64,000 nt of DNA from Candidatus Hodarchaeota archaeon (GTDB lineage: Archaea > Asgardarchaeota > Heimdallarchaeia > Hodarchaeales > Hodarchaeaceae). The stretch lies in the NCBI GenBank assembly GCA_016839815.1, contig JAEOTM010000060.1:1-64000 (forward strand). The letters are read 5' to 3'. Position 1 is the stretch's first letter; the number at the start of each line of letters is the position of its first letter. Positions 9,889 to 19,576 of the stretch are shown piece after piece. The notes under the pieces were generated by a model that worked only from the letters and a program-made list of their open reading frames with translations, ran no database searches and was not told the origin of the DNA. The translations under genes and the position numbers were made by a program.

Positions 9889-10395
9889 TCAAGGATCTTT
9901 ACCGTGTTCTGCAATCATTTCTTTTGCTTCCTCAATCCAGATTCGGGTTAATTGCAGCTTCGAGAGATCTGATTGCTTTTGTTTTAAGCTTTCATGCCGT
10001 GATTCATACTCATTTCTACTGATTCTTTGTAAGATGAAATCACGCTCTAGTTGGTCTATCTCTGCATTAACTATTCCATCCATTGCTTGGAAATATATGA
10101 CTGTAGCTGTAGAAATAGCATTTAGTAAGTCTAAACCTGGTGTTGAGACAAAATAAACATAATGGGGTGACGGAAACGGTTCTACTTTGCGTTCTGCAAT
10201 GTATTGGGAACACATCATTTTCAAGTGTTTCTCAACAGCTGGGCGTGATATATTCAACAAATTTGCTAGTTTTTGAGGATTTTTGGGTTCTTGCGAGATA
10301 AGATTAATGATATTTCTTCTAGTTGGATCTGAGAGAATTTTCAGGATATCTGCGGTGCGTTCTTCTAAATTATCTGCCAGTGCATTCATCCTCAA
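9889..10395 (-). CDS. ArsR-family wHTH regulator with C-terminal SHOCT-like helical extension
   Basis: LKILSDPTRRNII...LANLLNISRPAVEKHLK; C-terminal LERDFILQRISRNEYESRHESL. Confidence 0.85.
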   Translation of the reverse strand: MRMNALADNLEERTADILKILSDPTRRNIINLISQEPKNPQKLANLLNISRPAVEKHLKMMCSQYIAERKVEPFPSPHYVYFVSTPGLDLLNAISTATVIYFQAMDGIVNAEIDQLERDFILQRISRNEYESRHESLKQKQSDLSKLQLTRIWIEEAKEMIAEHGKDP

Positions 10396-10665
10396 ATAAA
10401 TTATTAGTCTTTTCGTGATATTTCGTATTTTATACCTGATAATTGATTAGTGAGTTCAAATAAATAAAGATTCGGAACATTAAACTTTTGGGTTTATTGT
10501 ATAAACTTTACAGTTATCGATCTAAACTGGTTTTATTAGAAGCTTTTAAAACAATTTTTGCTTTAAGATATCAAACAGAGCGGATATATTTGTCGAAATT
10601 GTTAAACAAAGCATTTGCAAAATATATTTACTCTATGAATTTGAACGTGCGAAAGGTTGAATATA

Positions 10666-11508
10666 ATGTCAAATAAAATAATCGAAGACCTTAAGACTCT
10701 AATTAAAGCGTTGGAAATACGATTGGAGGCCGATGAGATAACGGAGGCCGAATATAAGGAATTAAAAGAGAAGTATAACGCAAAACTTAAAGAAGAAGTT
10801 GCGGCTCTTAAAGAACACAGCTTTCTTAGGAATATATCTTACGTATCGATATCTGGTTCAGGAAAAGTCACCGATTCATATGTGTCCATTTCTGGCTCAG
10901 GAAGAATTGAAGGTTGGAGAGGTGGAACCATATCAATTTCTGGTTCGGGAAAAGTTAGTGATGAAGAAATAAATATATCTGGCTCGGGTACTTTACCAGG
11001 AGATCTTAAAACCGATTCATTATCAGTTTCTGGTTCATTTAAAGCCGAAGGTTCTGTTGAAGCTGGTAAATTTTTGGCATCAGGCTCATTCAAGGTTAAT
11101 GGTAAGTTGACGATAAATGAACAGTTTGCTTCGTCTGGGTCTGGAAAAATTGAAGGTTCTTTATTTGCTGAAAATGCATCTGTAGTTTCTAGTGGAACCA
11201 TCAAGATTAAAGGGGATGTAATTTGTGATAGTGCAGAATTATCGGGTAGTTACAAAATTTCTGGCTCTGTAGAATGTAAGAATAGTTTTACGTCAGAATT
11301 AAATGAAAAATCTAGGATAGAAGCTGATTTAATCTGTGGAGGCGACATATATATCGAACAAGATTCTAGAAAGGGGAGCTTAAAAGTAGATAAGATAAAA
11401 TCCGCAGGTGAAGTATATCTAGAAGGTGTCGAAGCTAATACCGTGAGTGGAAAAAGAGTTAAGGTAGGACCAGAGTGCAATATTGGTTCTATTGAAGAGA
11501 CGGGTTAG
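10666..11508 (+). CDS. Polymer-forming (bactofilin-like) beta-helix protein
   Basis: Many [IVS]SGSG/SGSF repeats, KGDVIC, C-terminal VSGKRVKVGPECNIGSIE; ATG at 10666 (track starts at TTG 10657). Confidence 0.8.
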   Translation: MSNKIIEDLKTLIKALEIRLEADEITEAEYKELKEKYNAKLKEEVAALKEHSFLRNISYVSISGSGKVTDSYVSISGSGRIEGWRGGTISISGSGKVSDEEINISGSGTLPGDLKTDSLSVSGSFKAEGSVEAGKFLASGSFKVNGKLTINEQFASSGSGKIEGSLFAENASVVSSGTIKIKGDVICDSAELSGSYKISGSVECKNSFTSELNEKSRIEADLICGGDIYIEQDSRKGSLKVDKIKSAGEVYLEGVEANTVSGKRVKVGPECNIGSIEETG

Positions 11509-11594
11509 TTTGGAAGCTGACAAAAACCAGTTTAAACTCTCATTTATCTACTAATACAGATTTATTATCATTTGTTTCTAATCATGAAAAAAAT

Positions 11595-12359
11595 CTGATT
11601 GTCTGGTGTATTTCAGGGGGAGGAGATTTTTTTGATGAGAATTATCATCTCATTTTAGATTTACTGTCAAAAAAACATCCGATTCTTGTGGTTTTCTCCA
11701 ATGCAGGTGCAGTTGTATATAATAGATATGGTTTTTTTTGGAGATTAAGCCAATTAAACATTGAAATGAAGTATTTACGTATTTTATTTGAAAGTCAGTA
11801 TGTTCTCGATTATAATATTGCGCGTTTACTAAAAAGAAATAGGATTGTTCATTCATCACTTTCAAAAGATCCCACTTATGGAAAAGGTATTTGGTTAGCT
11901 AATCAAAATTTGAAGTGTATAATTGCTAGTCCATTAACATCAAATTCTGTTGCAAAATTGACCTCAGGAATAAATGATACATTAATACTGAATATTTTGT
12001 CCGCAGGAAAGAAGGCAGAGCAACTAATAGGCATCTTCCCAACGGATAGAGAAATTGAAACAGTCACGACTAGTTTACCAGTTCGTCAAAAATTACCCAT
12101 CGATTCGAGGACGATTGACACGAAAATCTGTCAGTTTGGCGCTTTGGTTCTTACACAGAACTCGTGTGTCGAATATTTATCAGAGCTTTGTGTAGGATGT
12201 CGAAAATGCGTCGAAAAATACCCCAAGTATTTCTCAGTTAACGATAAAATGGAGATTAGAATGAGACCAATTGACCAAGAGAATACACAGAATTTAAGAG
12301 ATGAATTTAGAATTTTTCACTCGATAGAAGAAATATCAATATTTATATCGTCTTTGTAA
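11595..12359 (+). CDS. Archaeoflavoprotein (AfpA/DmrX-like, dihydromethanopterin reductase-like) with ferredoxin insert
   Basis: The frame is open upstream of track start 11688 and encodes LIVWCISGGG; also IASPLTSNSVAKLTSGINDTL, FPTD, CVGCRKC and RPID; true start unclear. Confidence 0.75.
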   Translation: MIVWCISGGGDFFDENYHLILDLLSKKHPILVVFSNAGAVVYNRYGFFWRLSQLNIEMKYLRILFESQYVLDYNIARLLKRNRIVHSSLSKDPTYGKGIWLANQNLKCIIASPLTSNSVAKLTSGINDTLILNILSAGKKAEQLIGIFPTDREIETVTTSLPVRQKLPIDSRTIDTKICQFGALVLTQNSCVEYLSELCVGCRKCVEKYPKYFSVNDKMEIRMRPIDQENTQNLRDEFRIFHSIEEISIFISSL

Positions 12360-12363
12360 CTGA

Positions 12364-12915
12364 TTATGCATTAAGCCTCTTGTATTCCTCAATATAGTCT
12401 CCAATGATAAGACCCAATTGTTCAAATGCTTCAGTTACGTTTAAACCTGATTTAGCTGAAGTTTTTAAATATTTGATGTTGAAAGGGATATCTTGTGTTT
12501 CTGCTTGAGATTTCTTAACAAATTGATTAATTTGATCTTGATCTACGTTTCCTGGTAAGTCGCTTTTATTTCCAAGAATAATGTAAGGAATTTCTCGACC
12601 AACATTGGTAAAAAGCTCTGTTTTCCAGTTCTCGAGACTATAAAGAGAATCCAAACGGGTTTGATCAAATACAAGGATTGCTCCATGTGAACCTTTGTAA
12701 TACAATGCTCTTACTGCGGAGAACCGTTGTTGTCCTGCTAAATCCCAGATCTGAAATTTATACTGGATATCTTTGATAGTTAGGTTTTGAACCGCGAAAT
12801 CAGCTCCTATGGTTAAAATGTAGCCACTCTGGAAACCTTTTCCTAAAAATCGTTCGCGTAAAGAAGTCTTACCGACTCCTCCATCTCCTAACAGGCATAT
12901 TTTATATAATGGCAC
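12364..12915 (-). CDS. Rab-like small GTPase
   Basis: GDGGVGKT, TIGADF, WDLAGQQRF, YYKGS, NKSD, TSAK; no C-terminal Cys. Confidence 0.95.
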   Translation of the reverse strand: MPLYKICLLGDGGVGKTSLRERFLGKGFQSGYILTIGADFAVQNLTIKDIQYKFQIWDLAGQQRFSAVRALYYKGSHGAILVFDQTRLDSLYSLENWKTELFTNVGREIPYIILGNKSDLPGNVDQDQINQFVKKSQAETQDIPFNIKYLKTSAKSGLNVTEAFEQLGLIIGDYIEEYKRLNA

Positions 12916-13167
12916 ATTTTACCCTCATTTAGGAATGATTTTTATGTTATATCTAATTAATCAATGTCTATATTAATTAACTAGCTGATTCAGAGTTTTA
13001 TTAAATTCTCCTAGAGAGAATCTTCAAAGTAGATTTTCGTAAAGTGATGTATCTGTATTTACATCAAATCAAGTTCTTCTTAAACCCTAATGAAACTGGT
13101 TGATGAATACGGAACTAGTTTATAAGCGTATTACAGCAAATTCCAAAGTGATTAAAGGTGAAGATCA

Positions 13168-14367
13168 TTGGATGATAATTCTTTCTTTCTAGCAACAGAA
13201 ACTGAAATAAAGAAAGCCAAAACGACTGATGTTTATTTTTTAAGAACTGAAAAAGTTTTGAAGAAGGAAAAAAAGGATCATAAAGTGTTTATCGAAGTAA
13301 CAGCATCATCTATTAAAGGTTCTGATTGGGGAATCTTTGCTGGTGTAGAAGATGTTCTTGATCTTTTGATTGGACTCGATATTGACGTGTATACGATGCC
13401 AGAGGGGTCATTATTTCAAAAAGAAGATGAAAATGGCGTAAAGGTTCCAACAATCGTGATAGTAGGCAATTATCTGAATTTTGGAAGATTCGAGACTCCT
13501 TTACTCGGGTTCATATGTTCAAAAAGTGGAATGGTGACAAAAACCGCTCGAATTCGATTAGCAGCAAAAAATAAGTCGGTATTAAGTTTTGGGGCACGTA
13601 GAGCTCATCCTGCAATAACTCCCGTCGTTTCGTATTGCGCCTATATTGGAGGGTGTGATGGAGTCAGTTGTATACTCGGAGCTGAAAAATTAGGTATATC
13701 TCCAACAGGGACAATTCCTCATTCTCTCATTATTCTCTTTCAAGATCAAGTTACCGCTTGGAAGGCATTTGATACTCACATTCCTAAACAGGTTCCCCGG
13801 ATTGCCTTGATAGATACATATTATGATGAGAAAATTGAAGCTATTATGGCGGCCAAGGCGATCCCTGATCTTAGTGGAGTACGATTGGATACTCCTTCGT
13901 CTCGTAGGGGAAATTTTAAGAGCATTATACAAGAAGTTAGATGGGAACTAGACCATCGTGGGTATAATAATGTAAAAATTTTCATCTCAGGAGGTTTAGG
14001 AGAGGAAGATGTTCATGAATATGTGGATATTGTCGATGGATTTGGTATTGGAAGTGAAATTAGTGCAGCACCACCTATTGATTTTGCTTTGGATATAGTG
14101 GCATTAATCGGCGAGAACGAAGATTGGAAACCTGTAGCAAAACGAGGTAAGTTTTCTGGAAGAAAGAACGTCCTTAGATGTGAAAAATGTTTAAAAATTG
14201 AAGTCACAGCCTGGAATATAAAAGAGGGTCTTTGTGAGAAGTGTAATAATCCATTAAAACCAATTTTAGTTAAACAACTTGAAAATGGAAAACGAATTCA
14301 TGAGAAACGTTCTATTGAGGAAATTAGACAATATATACAGACACAGATTAAACAGATAAGAAAGTAG
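13168..14367 (+). CDS. pncB: Nicotinate phosphoribosyltransferase
   Basis: TTDVYF, SFGARRAHP, GTIPHS, ALIDTY, VRLDTPSSRRG, AKRGK. Confidence 0.95.
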   Translation: MDDNSFFLATETEIKKAKTTDVYFLRTEKVLKKEKKDHKVFIEVTASSIKGSDWGIFAGVEDVLDLLIGLDIDVYTMPEGSLFQKEDENGVKVPTIVIVGNYLNFGRFETPLLGFICSKSGMVTKTARIRLAAKNKSVLSFGARRAHPAITPVVSYCAYIGGCDGVSCILGAEKLGISPTGTIPHSLIILFQDQVTAWKAFDTHIPKQVPRIALIDTYYDEKIEAIMAAKAIPDLSGVRLDTPSSRRGNFKSIIQEVRWELDHRGYNNVKIFISGGLGEEDVHEYVDIVDGFGIGSEISAAPPIDFALDIVALIGENEDWKPVAKRGKFSGRKNVLRCEKCLKIEVTAWNIKEGLCEKCNNPLKPILVKQLENGKRIHEKRSIEEIRQYIQTQIKQIRK

Positions 14368-14418
14368 TATAGGAGATTTTTTCAATTCTGACACTTTTCT
14401 CAACAGAGTAGAAAGGAT

Positions 14419-15105
14419 ATGAATATAATGAAGACGTATTCGACCCCCAACTCCCCAATAAGAGTCACGAGTAAAGATGCGTTGATAATCGTTGATATGC
14501 AAAATGATTTTTTATCAGGTGGAAATCTTGCGGTTAAAGATGGGGATACTATAATTTCGGGAATAAATTATTTGGGGAAGACTTTCTTCCAAGATTGTCA
14601 AATAATTTTCACCCAAGATTGGCATCCTTCTGATCATAAATCATTCGCTAGTACTCATCCTGGAAAAAAACCATTTGATGAATTCTCTAGTACAGGATTA
14701 GGGCCAGTACTTTGGCCAGATCATTGTGTCCAGGGCTCAAGAGGCGCAATGTTTTCTTCTGAGATAAATCATAATTTAGCTACAATGATTCTTAGGAAAG
14801 GATATCATAAACATCTTGATTCCTACTCCGCGTTTTTAGAAAATGATAAAAAAACAAGAACAGGTTTAACCGAATTTTTAAAGGCATTTGAAGTTACTAG
14901 GTTATTTATTTGTGGATTAGCACTGGATTTCTGTGTAAAATATACAGCACTGGACGCACAAAACTTTGGTTTTGATACCTATATTGTTCTTGATTTAACA
15001 AAACCTGTGATCACAGAGAAATCCGTTATTAATGAGAACATTGTTGATTTAAAATCAAATAATGTTCATCTGGTTACATCTGATCAATTCAACCAGGATA
15101 ATTAA
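14419..15105 (+). CDS. pncA: Nicotinamidase/pyrazinamidase
   Basis: VDMQNDF, TQDWHP, WPDHCVQG, DSYSAF, GLALDFCVK. Confidence 0.95.
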   Translation: MNIMKTYSTPNSPIRVTSKDALIIVDMQNDFLSGGNLAVKDGDTIISGINYLGKTFFQDCQIIFTQDWHPSDHKSFASTHPGKKPFDEFSSTGLGPVLWPDHCVQGSRGAMFSSEINHNLATMILRKGYHKHLDSYSAFLENDKKTRTGLTEFLKAFEVTRLFICGLALDFCVKYTALDAQNFGFDTYIVLDLTKPVITEKSVINENIVDLKSNNVHLVTSDQFNQDN

Positions 15106-15155
15106 ATAACCCATTTTTAGGTACTCAAATAATAATAAAACTCTGGGTTTTAACA

Positions 15156-15587
15156 TTGATTCTATATTGGATTGATAAAGAAAGATTTGGGGGTGCCAGT
15201 CAGCCACAATTATCTGACTTACCATTTTTACAAAGTTTAGATATAGCAGGTATTATCTGCCTACAAGAAAAAAATACTTCAGAGGAAATAGCTCAATTAC
15301 TTGATATAGCGTATTTACACAGACCGATTCAAGATTATAGTATTCCCTCTCCTGAAGATCTTCCTGAGATCCTCAAGTTCCTCAGCCATCAACAAAAGCT
15401 GAAACCAAATCTGCCTGTTCTCATTCATTGCACTGCAGGTAACGGACGTACAGGTACTATTCTTGCTTCAATTGTAAAACTGCTTGATCAAGTTGGAGCA
15501 GAGGAAGCAATTAGTAAAATAAGAAATGTAAATCCTCTAGCTATTGAGACTAAAGAGCAAGAAGATTTTATCAAAGAATTGAAATGA
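15156..15587 (+). CDS. Dual-specificity (Cys-based) protein phosphatase
   Basis: P-loop IHCTAGNGRTG, PIQDYSIP, AIETKEQEDF. Confidence 0.9.
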   Translation: MILYWIDKERFGGASQPQLSDLPFLQSLDIAGIICLQEKNTSEEIAQLLDIAYLHRPIQDYSIPSPEDLPEILKFLSHQQKLKPNLPVLIHCTAGNGRTGTILASIVKLLDQVGAEEAISKIRNVNPLAIETKEQEDFIKELK

Positions 15588-15603
15588 ATCATTCTAGATC
15601 GGA

Positions 15604-16800
15604 TTAAAGGTCTGATTCGCCTCTTTTTTGTTTTGAAATGCACACATCTATTAAAAAATCTAGTAATATTTTTTTAGCAGTTTTTACTTCTTGAATATTG
15701 ACTCTTTCATTAGACACATGTATTCTCATTGGATCCCCAGGACCAAAAAGGACAAAAGGAAGTGGTTTAGGGGCGTTGGAAACTAAAACTGCTCCGTCTG
15801 TTGCATAACTTAAACCTGATATAGGACGATCCTGGGATGCCTCAATGAATTTTCTTACGAAGAAATTGCCTTCAGATGATTGGATGATAGGCATTATCTG
15901 CCTGACTACAAGTTCAAATGTTGCCGGACTTCCTTTTGCAAATTCCATTATCTTTTGTCGAAGAATACCTTCAAATTCTGCTGGTTGAAAAGGTGGGACG
16001 AGACGAAAATCACATTGAATCTCTGCTCGTTCTGGAACGACATTAGCTATATTTCCTCCTTGGATAACTCCAATATTCAGCGTACTTTTCCCTAAAACTT
16101 CATGATAATGCTCTGATATTGAGGAATGGAGGATAGGAAAAAGTTTTACTATTTCCTCAATTGCATTAACCCCTTTTTCAGGAGTAGATCCATGAGCAGA
16201 CTTACCCGAGGCAATTATTGAGATCCATAAAACTCCTTTTTCCGCGGTCCCAATTTTCAAGGCGGTTGGCTCGGGGATGACCAAGAATTTAGCTACATCA
16301 AGTAATCCGAGGTTTAAGGCGGCTTTTGCACCTCCAAGACCCACTTCTTCATCACTAGTTCCAAGAAAAGTAATGCTATAATCCATTTCGGAGTTGACAA
16401 ATTGATCATGAATACTCTTTAGAGAACTAAGGGCAATAGCAACCCCTGATTTCATATCAGCAGCTCCTCTGCCGTAAATATAATTGTTTACTTCTGTTCC
16501 ACTAAATGGATCGAAATCCCAGTTTTTTACATCTCCAGTTGGAACAGTATCTAAATGACCACAAATTAATATCGTTTTATCAGATTGTCCAACCGTTAAT
16601 TGGATATTTCCTCGATTTTCTTCAAACCAATGAGTTTTTACGGGAATGTTTTCGCTTTTTGCCCAATTTTCAATCCATTGAATAATTTTTCTTGTATCTC
16701 CAGGTGGATTTTCAGAATTTATTTTGATCAATTCTTTCAGAATTGTTATGCTATTACTCATCTTAGGAATTATCCACATTAACGGAATTTTGTGTTGCAT
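15604..16800 (-). CDS. M20 metallopeptidase (ArgE/DapE family)
   Basis: GHLDTVP, GRGAADMKSG, DEEVG, EPT, GKSAHGS, HVSNE; start possibly somewhat downstream. Confidence 0.92.
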   Translation of the reverse strand: MQHKIPLMWIIPKMSNSITILKELIKINSENPPGDTRKIIQWIENWAKSENIPVKTHWFEENRGNIQLTVGQSDKTILICGHLDTVPTGDVKNWDFDPFSGTEVNNYIYGRGAADMKSGVAIALSSLKSIHDQFVNSEMDYSITFLGTSDEEVGLGGAKAALNLGLLDVAKFLVIPEPTALKIGTAEKGVLWISIIASGKSAHGSTPEKGVNAIEEIVKLFPILHSSISEHYHEVLGKSTLNIGVIQGGNIANVVPERAEIQCDFRLVPPFQPAEFEGILRQKIMEFAKGSPATFELVVRQIMPIIQSSEGNFFVRKFIEASQDRPISGLSYATDGAVLVSNAPKPLPFVLFGPGDPMRIHVSNERVNIQEVKTAKKILLDFLIDVCISKQKRGESDL

Positions 16801-17050
16801 GCTCTGCTTTTTTATTTAACAGGTTAGAATAATCTTCAACCGGTACTTCTGCGAATATCGGTCCTTTATAACCACAGGTTGCACAGGAGTAGGTAGAAGG
16901 TACAATAAATGTCAGAAATCCTGGTTCTATTGAAAGGGTATTATCTAAACATATAGGACAGACGCGAACAACATTTTGAGAACGATTCCCCCTCTTCATC
17001 ATCTTTCTAATTTCCCCAAAATTTCTAATAAAATGTCTCATCTCAATCAA
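16763..17050 (-). CDS. Small zinc-ribbon protein
   Basis: CPIC...YSCATCGYKGP. Confidence 0.65.
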   Translation of the reverse strand: MIEMRHFIRNFGEIRKMMKRGNRSQNVVRVCPICLDNTLSIEPGFLTFIVPSTYSCATCGYKGPIFAEVPVEDYSNLLNKKAEHATQNSVNVDNS

Positions 17051-17234
17051 GTACCGATTTTATTTACATCATTTAGAGTTTTCTGAAACGTTTACCAGAT
17101 TTGTTTGTATTTATCTTCATCCCAAGGTGATAAAACAATGCGTTTCTTAGGAGGATGTGAAAACCTTTTTTTACCATTACATCACAGAATAGCTGTAATA
17201 TTCCCCAATAAATATCCTCTGGAAATGAACCGAT

Positions 17235-17774
17235 GTGTCGTTAAATTTCAATTTTCTCGCCAAGATATTACTACTTGGAGAGTTTCGTGTTGGTAAATCA
17301 TCTATGGTACTCAGATACGTTGAGGACCGTTTTCCTGGTGATTATATGGCGACCATTGGGGCAAACTTCCTTGTAAAATCAGTGGATTTATCTTTGAATG
17401 GAGAAAATGTTAGAGTTGGCTTACAAATCTGGGATTTAGGAGGTCATACCCGATCTACTCAGGTTGGACGTGTCTTCTTTCAAGGTGTTTCTGGTGCATT
17501 GTTAGTATATGATCTTACCCGTCCAGATACACTTGATAAGATCCCATTATGGCAAGATCAACTCAGAAAGTATTCACCAAATGCGAAACTGTATTTAGTC
17601 GGAAATAAAAATGATTTAGTTGATGAACGGCAGATTTCAACATCAGAGGGGGAAAAAGCACAGGGAACATTTAAAGTAGAACATTTTTTTGAAACATCTG
17701 CTAAAACTGGCGATCATATTCAGGAAACTTTTGAACATATGGCCATTTCACTAATTGAGCTAAATCGAGAATAG
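17235..17774 (+). CDS. Rab-like small GTPase (G3 Gln replaced by His)
   Basis: GEFRVGKS, TIGANF, LQIWDLGGH, LVYDLT, NKND, ETSAK. Confidence 0.93.
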   Translation: MSLNFNFLAKILLLGEFRVGKSSMVLRYVEDRFPGDYMATIGANFLVKSVDLSLNGENVRVGLQIWDLGGHTRSTQVGRVFFQGVSGALLVYDLTRPDTLDKIPLWQDQLRKYSPNAKLYLVGNKNDLVDERQISTSEGEKAQGTFKVEHFFETSAKTGDHIQETFEHMAISLIELNRE

Positions 17775-17821
17775 GACTTTCTATAGGAACATTCTTTTAC
17801 ATTATGAAGAGAATCGTGACC

Positions 17822-18190
17822 TTAAATTGTCATTAATTCTTCAAAAGAGTTTACATCTTTGAGTGTTTCCTTGAATAGTGAAATTTCTGTTGATGAAACT
17901 TCTTCATTTATCTCTAAAAAATCTAAAATGTCAAAAAATAGGTTTTTAGCATTTGGAAAATTAGTTGGGGCCTCTGGTAAGGAGGAAAAAGCAAAAGTAA
18001 GTTTGTCAGTTATCGTGGCATCTGGAACTCGTAAAGCATTCCGTACAGTTTGCACATAGATCTCATCATCACTAATTTTCGAAGCAATTTCCACACGCTT
18101 TTCTGCTACTCGAGATGCGTTGTGAGATAATTTTGGTGGTGTAAATATCCTACGGAAGAAGCGCACAAATCGGTTCATTTTTTCTGACAC
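17822..18190 (-). CDS. Hypothetical protein
   Basis: 122-aa ORF; amphipathic basic N-terminus RFVRFFRRIF. Confidence 0.55.
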   Translation of the reverse strand: MSEKMNRFVRFFRRIFTPPKLSHNASRVAEKRVEIASKISDDEIYVQTVRNALRVPDATITDKLTFAFSSLPEAPTNFPNAKNLFFDILDFLEINEEVSSTEISLFKETLKDVNSFEELMTI

Positions 18191-18354
18191 TCATCCAAAA
18201 TCGAAAAATAAGTCTATGAGTTCTTCTAATCCAATCCTTTTTAAGGCCTTTCTGCTCCTGATTGTTCATATTAATCATATAATTGATAAATCTTGTTATT
18301 TGAAGAAGAAAATTCATCTATTGATTGTCAATGTTTTAGAAGAAGGTCAATGAA

Positions 18355-19407
18355 TTGACAGAAAAACAGACAACTGGATATTCAGAAGGGATTGTCGGAG
18401 TACGGGTAAAACGATTCTTAGGTTTATCAGTATTGAACATAGCTAAAGTGCTTCTGGAGAAAACTGAGAAATCCGAGAGAGAAAAAGCATTAGAAATGAT
18501 CATACTCCCACTAGTTAGAGAAACATTCTCTCTCTCTGCTGGTGATAACCCAACAGCCCAAGTCAAACTATTTCTCGCCTCACTTGGATTCTCTCCCTGT
18601 GAGATTGATTGGAAAGAGGATACACGGATAGGTACGATTCTTCTCGGAAAAGGAAGAATATGGCGGTCGTCGTCAGAAAAAGAAGAAAAGTTAGTTAAAA
18701 GTTTATTACTTATTGTAGTGAAAGGTCTTGGCTATACATTTATGGGTACTACTGTACAAGCTTCGTTTATAAGTTCAGAAGCCTTATCCCCTCGTTTCAC
18801 TTATGAAATTCAATTTCGTGCCGTAGAAGACGTGTTTGCAGAGATTATAGGAACAGATGAAGAAATTCCAGGTGTTTCTCTCTCAATAACCGTACTTCTT
18901 GAGCCTATCTTAGGTACTGGGATTCGATCCCAAGATGCTGCAAGGTTTTTAATAGAAGCAACGAAAATTGTCGTTGGAGAGAATCTTCCATTCTTATTGG
19001 ATCGCAAAGACATTATTGATAAGCCATTGAAAATTCTTGAGCTATTTTACTTAAATATTGACGATTCTGATAAATTAAGTGAATTGGCACATCAAATTGG
19101 AGCAATAGTGGTTAGGGATATTCGATTGGAATTTCCAAACTTGAAGAATCATCAGTTATTGAAAGGTATTGGCCTTTTACCTGTCGAAGAAATAGACGAA
19201 CTATTGTTCTATGGATCTGTCGAAATTTGTGGTGTGGGAGAAAGAGGTTCGAATATATCATTTTGTCGATTTTTAGGACAGATGTGGAGTGGCTACGCCT
19301 CTGAAGTTCTTAATAAACGATTCCAAATGGATGAGGATCCACTCTGTGCAGGAGGAACAGGTACAAAATGTATATTTACCCTAACTGAAGTATCTGATGC
19401 AATGTGA
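18355..19407 (+). CDS. Tandem V4R/TRAPP(Bet3)-like domain protein
   Basis: C-terminal EIC...FCRFLGQMWSGY...LCAGGTGTKCIFTL is V4R-like; the N-half looks like a degenerate second copy. Confidence 0.6.
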   Translation: MTEKQTTGYSEGIVGVRVKRFLGLSVLNIAKVLLEKTEKSEREKALEMIILPLVRETFSLSAGDNPTAQVKLFLASLGFSPCEIDWKEDTRIGTILLGKGRIWRSSSEKEEKLVKSLLLIVVKGLGYTFMGTTVQASFISSEALSPRFTYEIQFRAVEDVFAEIIGTDEEIPGVSLSITVLLEPILGTGIRSQDAARFLIEATKIVVGENLPFLLDRKDIIDKPLKILELFYLNIDDSDKLSELAHQIGAIVVRDIRLEFPNLKNHQLLKGIGLLPVEEIDELLFYGSVEICGVGERGSNISFCRFLGQMWSGYASEVLNKRFQMDEDPLCAGGTGTKCIFTLTEVSDAM

Positions 19408-19576
19408 ACAATTATTTCACTAAAATAATCTCTCTCGCTATTCTTGTAGGTCGTTTCTATAGCTTTAAAAAGGGGAGAATGATAATATTTAGAAAATCTC
19501 TTCGTAAGTCAGTCTTCGACGCTTAAAAACCTAATAAAAGGTGTATTATAGGTATTCGTGCAAATGAGTGATTCTC

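Noticed and set aside
10850-11270. Repeated TCTGGTTCA/TCTGGCTC units
   Set aside because: Encode the SGSG repeats of the beta-helix protein; not a DNA repeat or CRISPR
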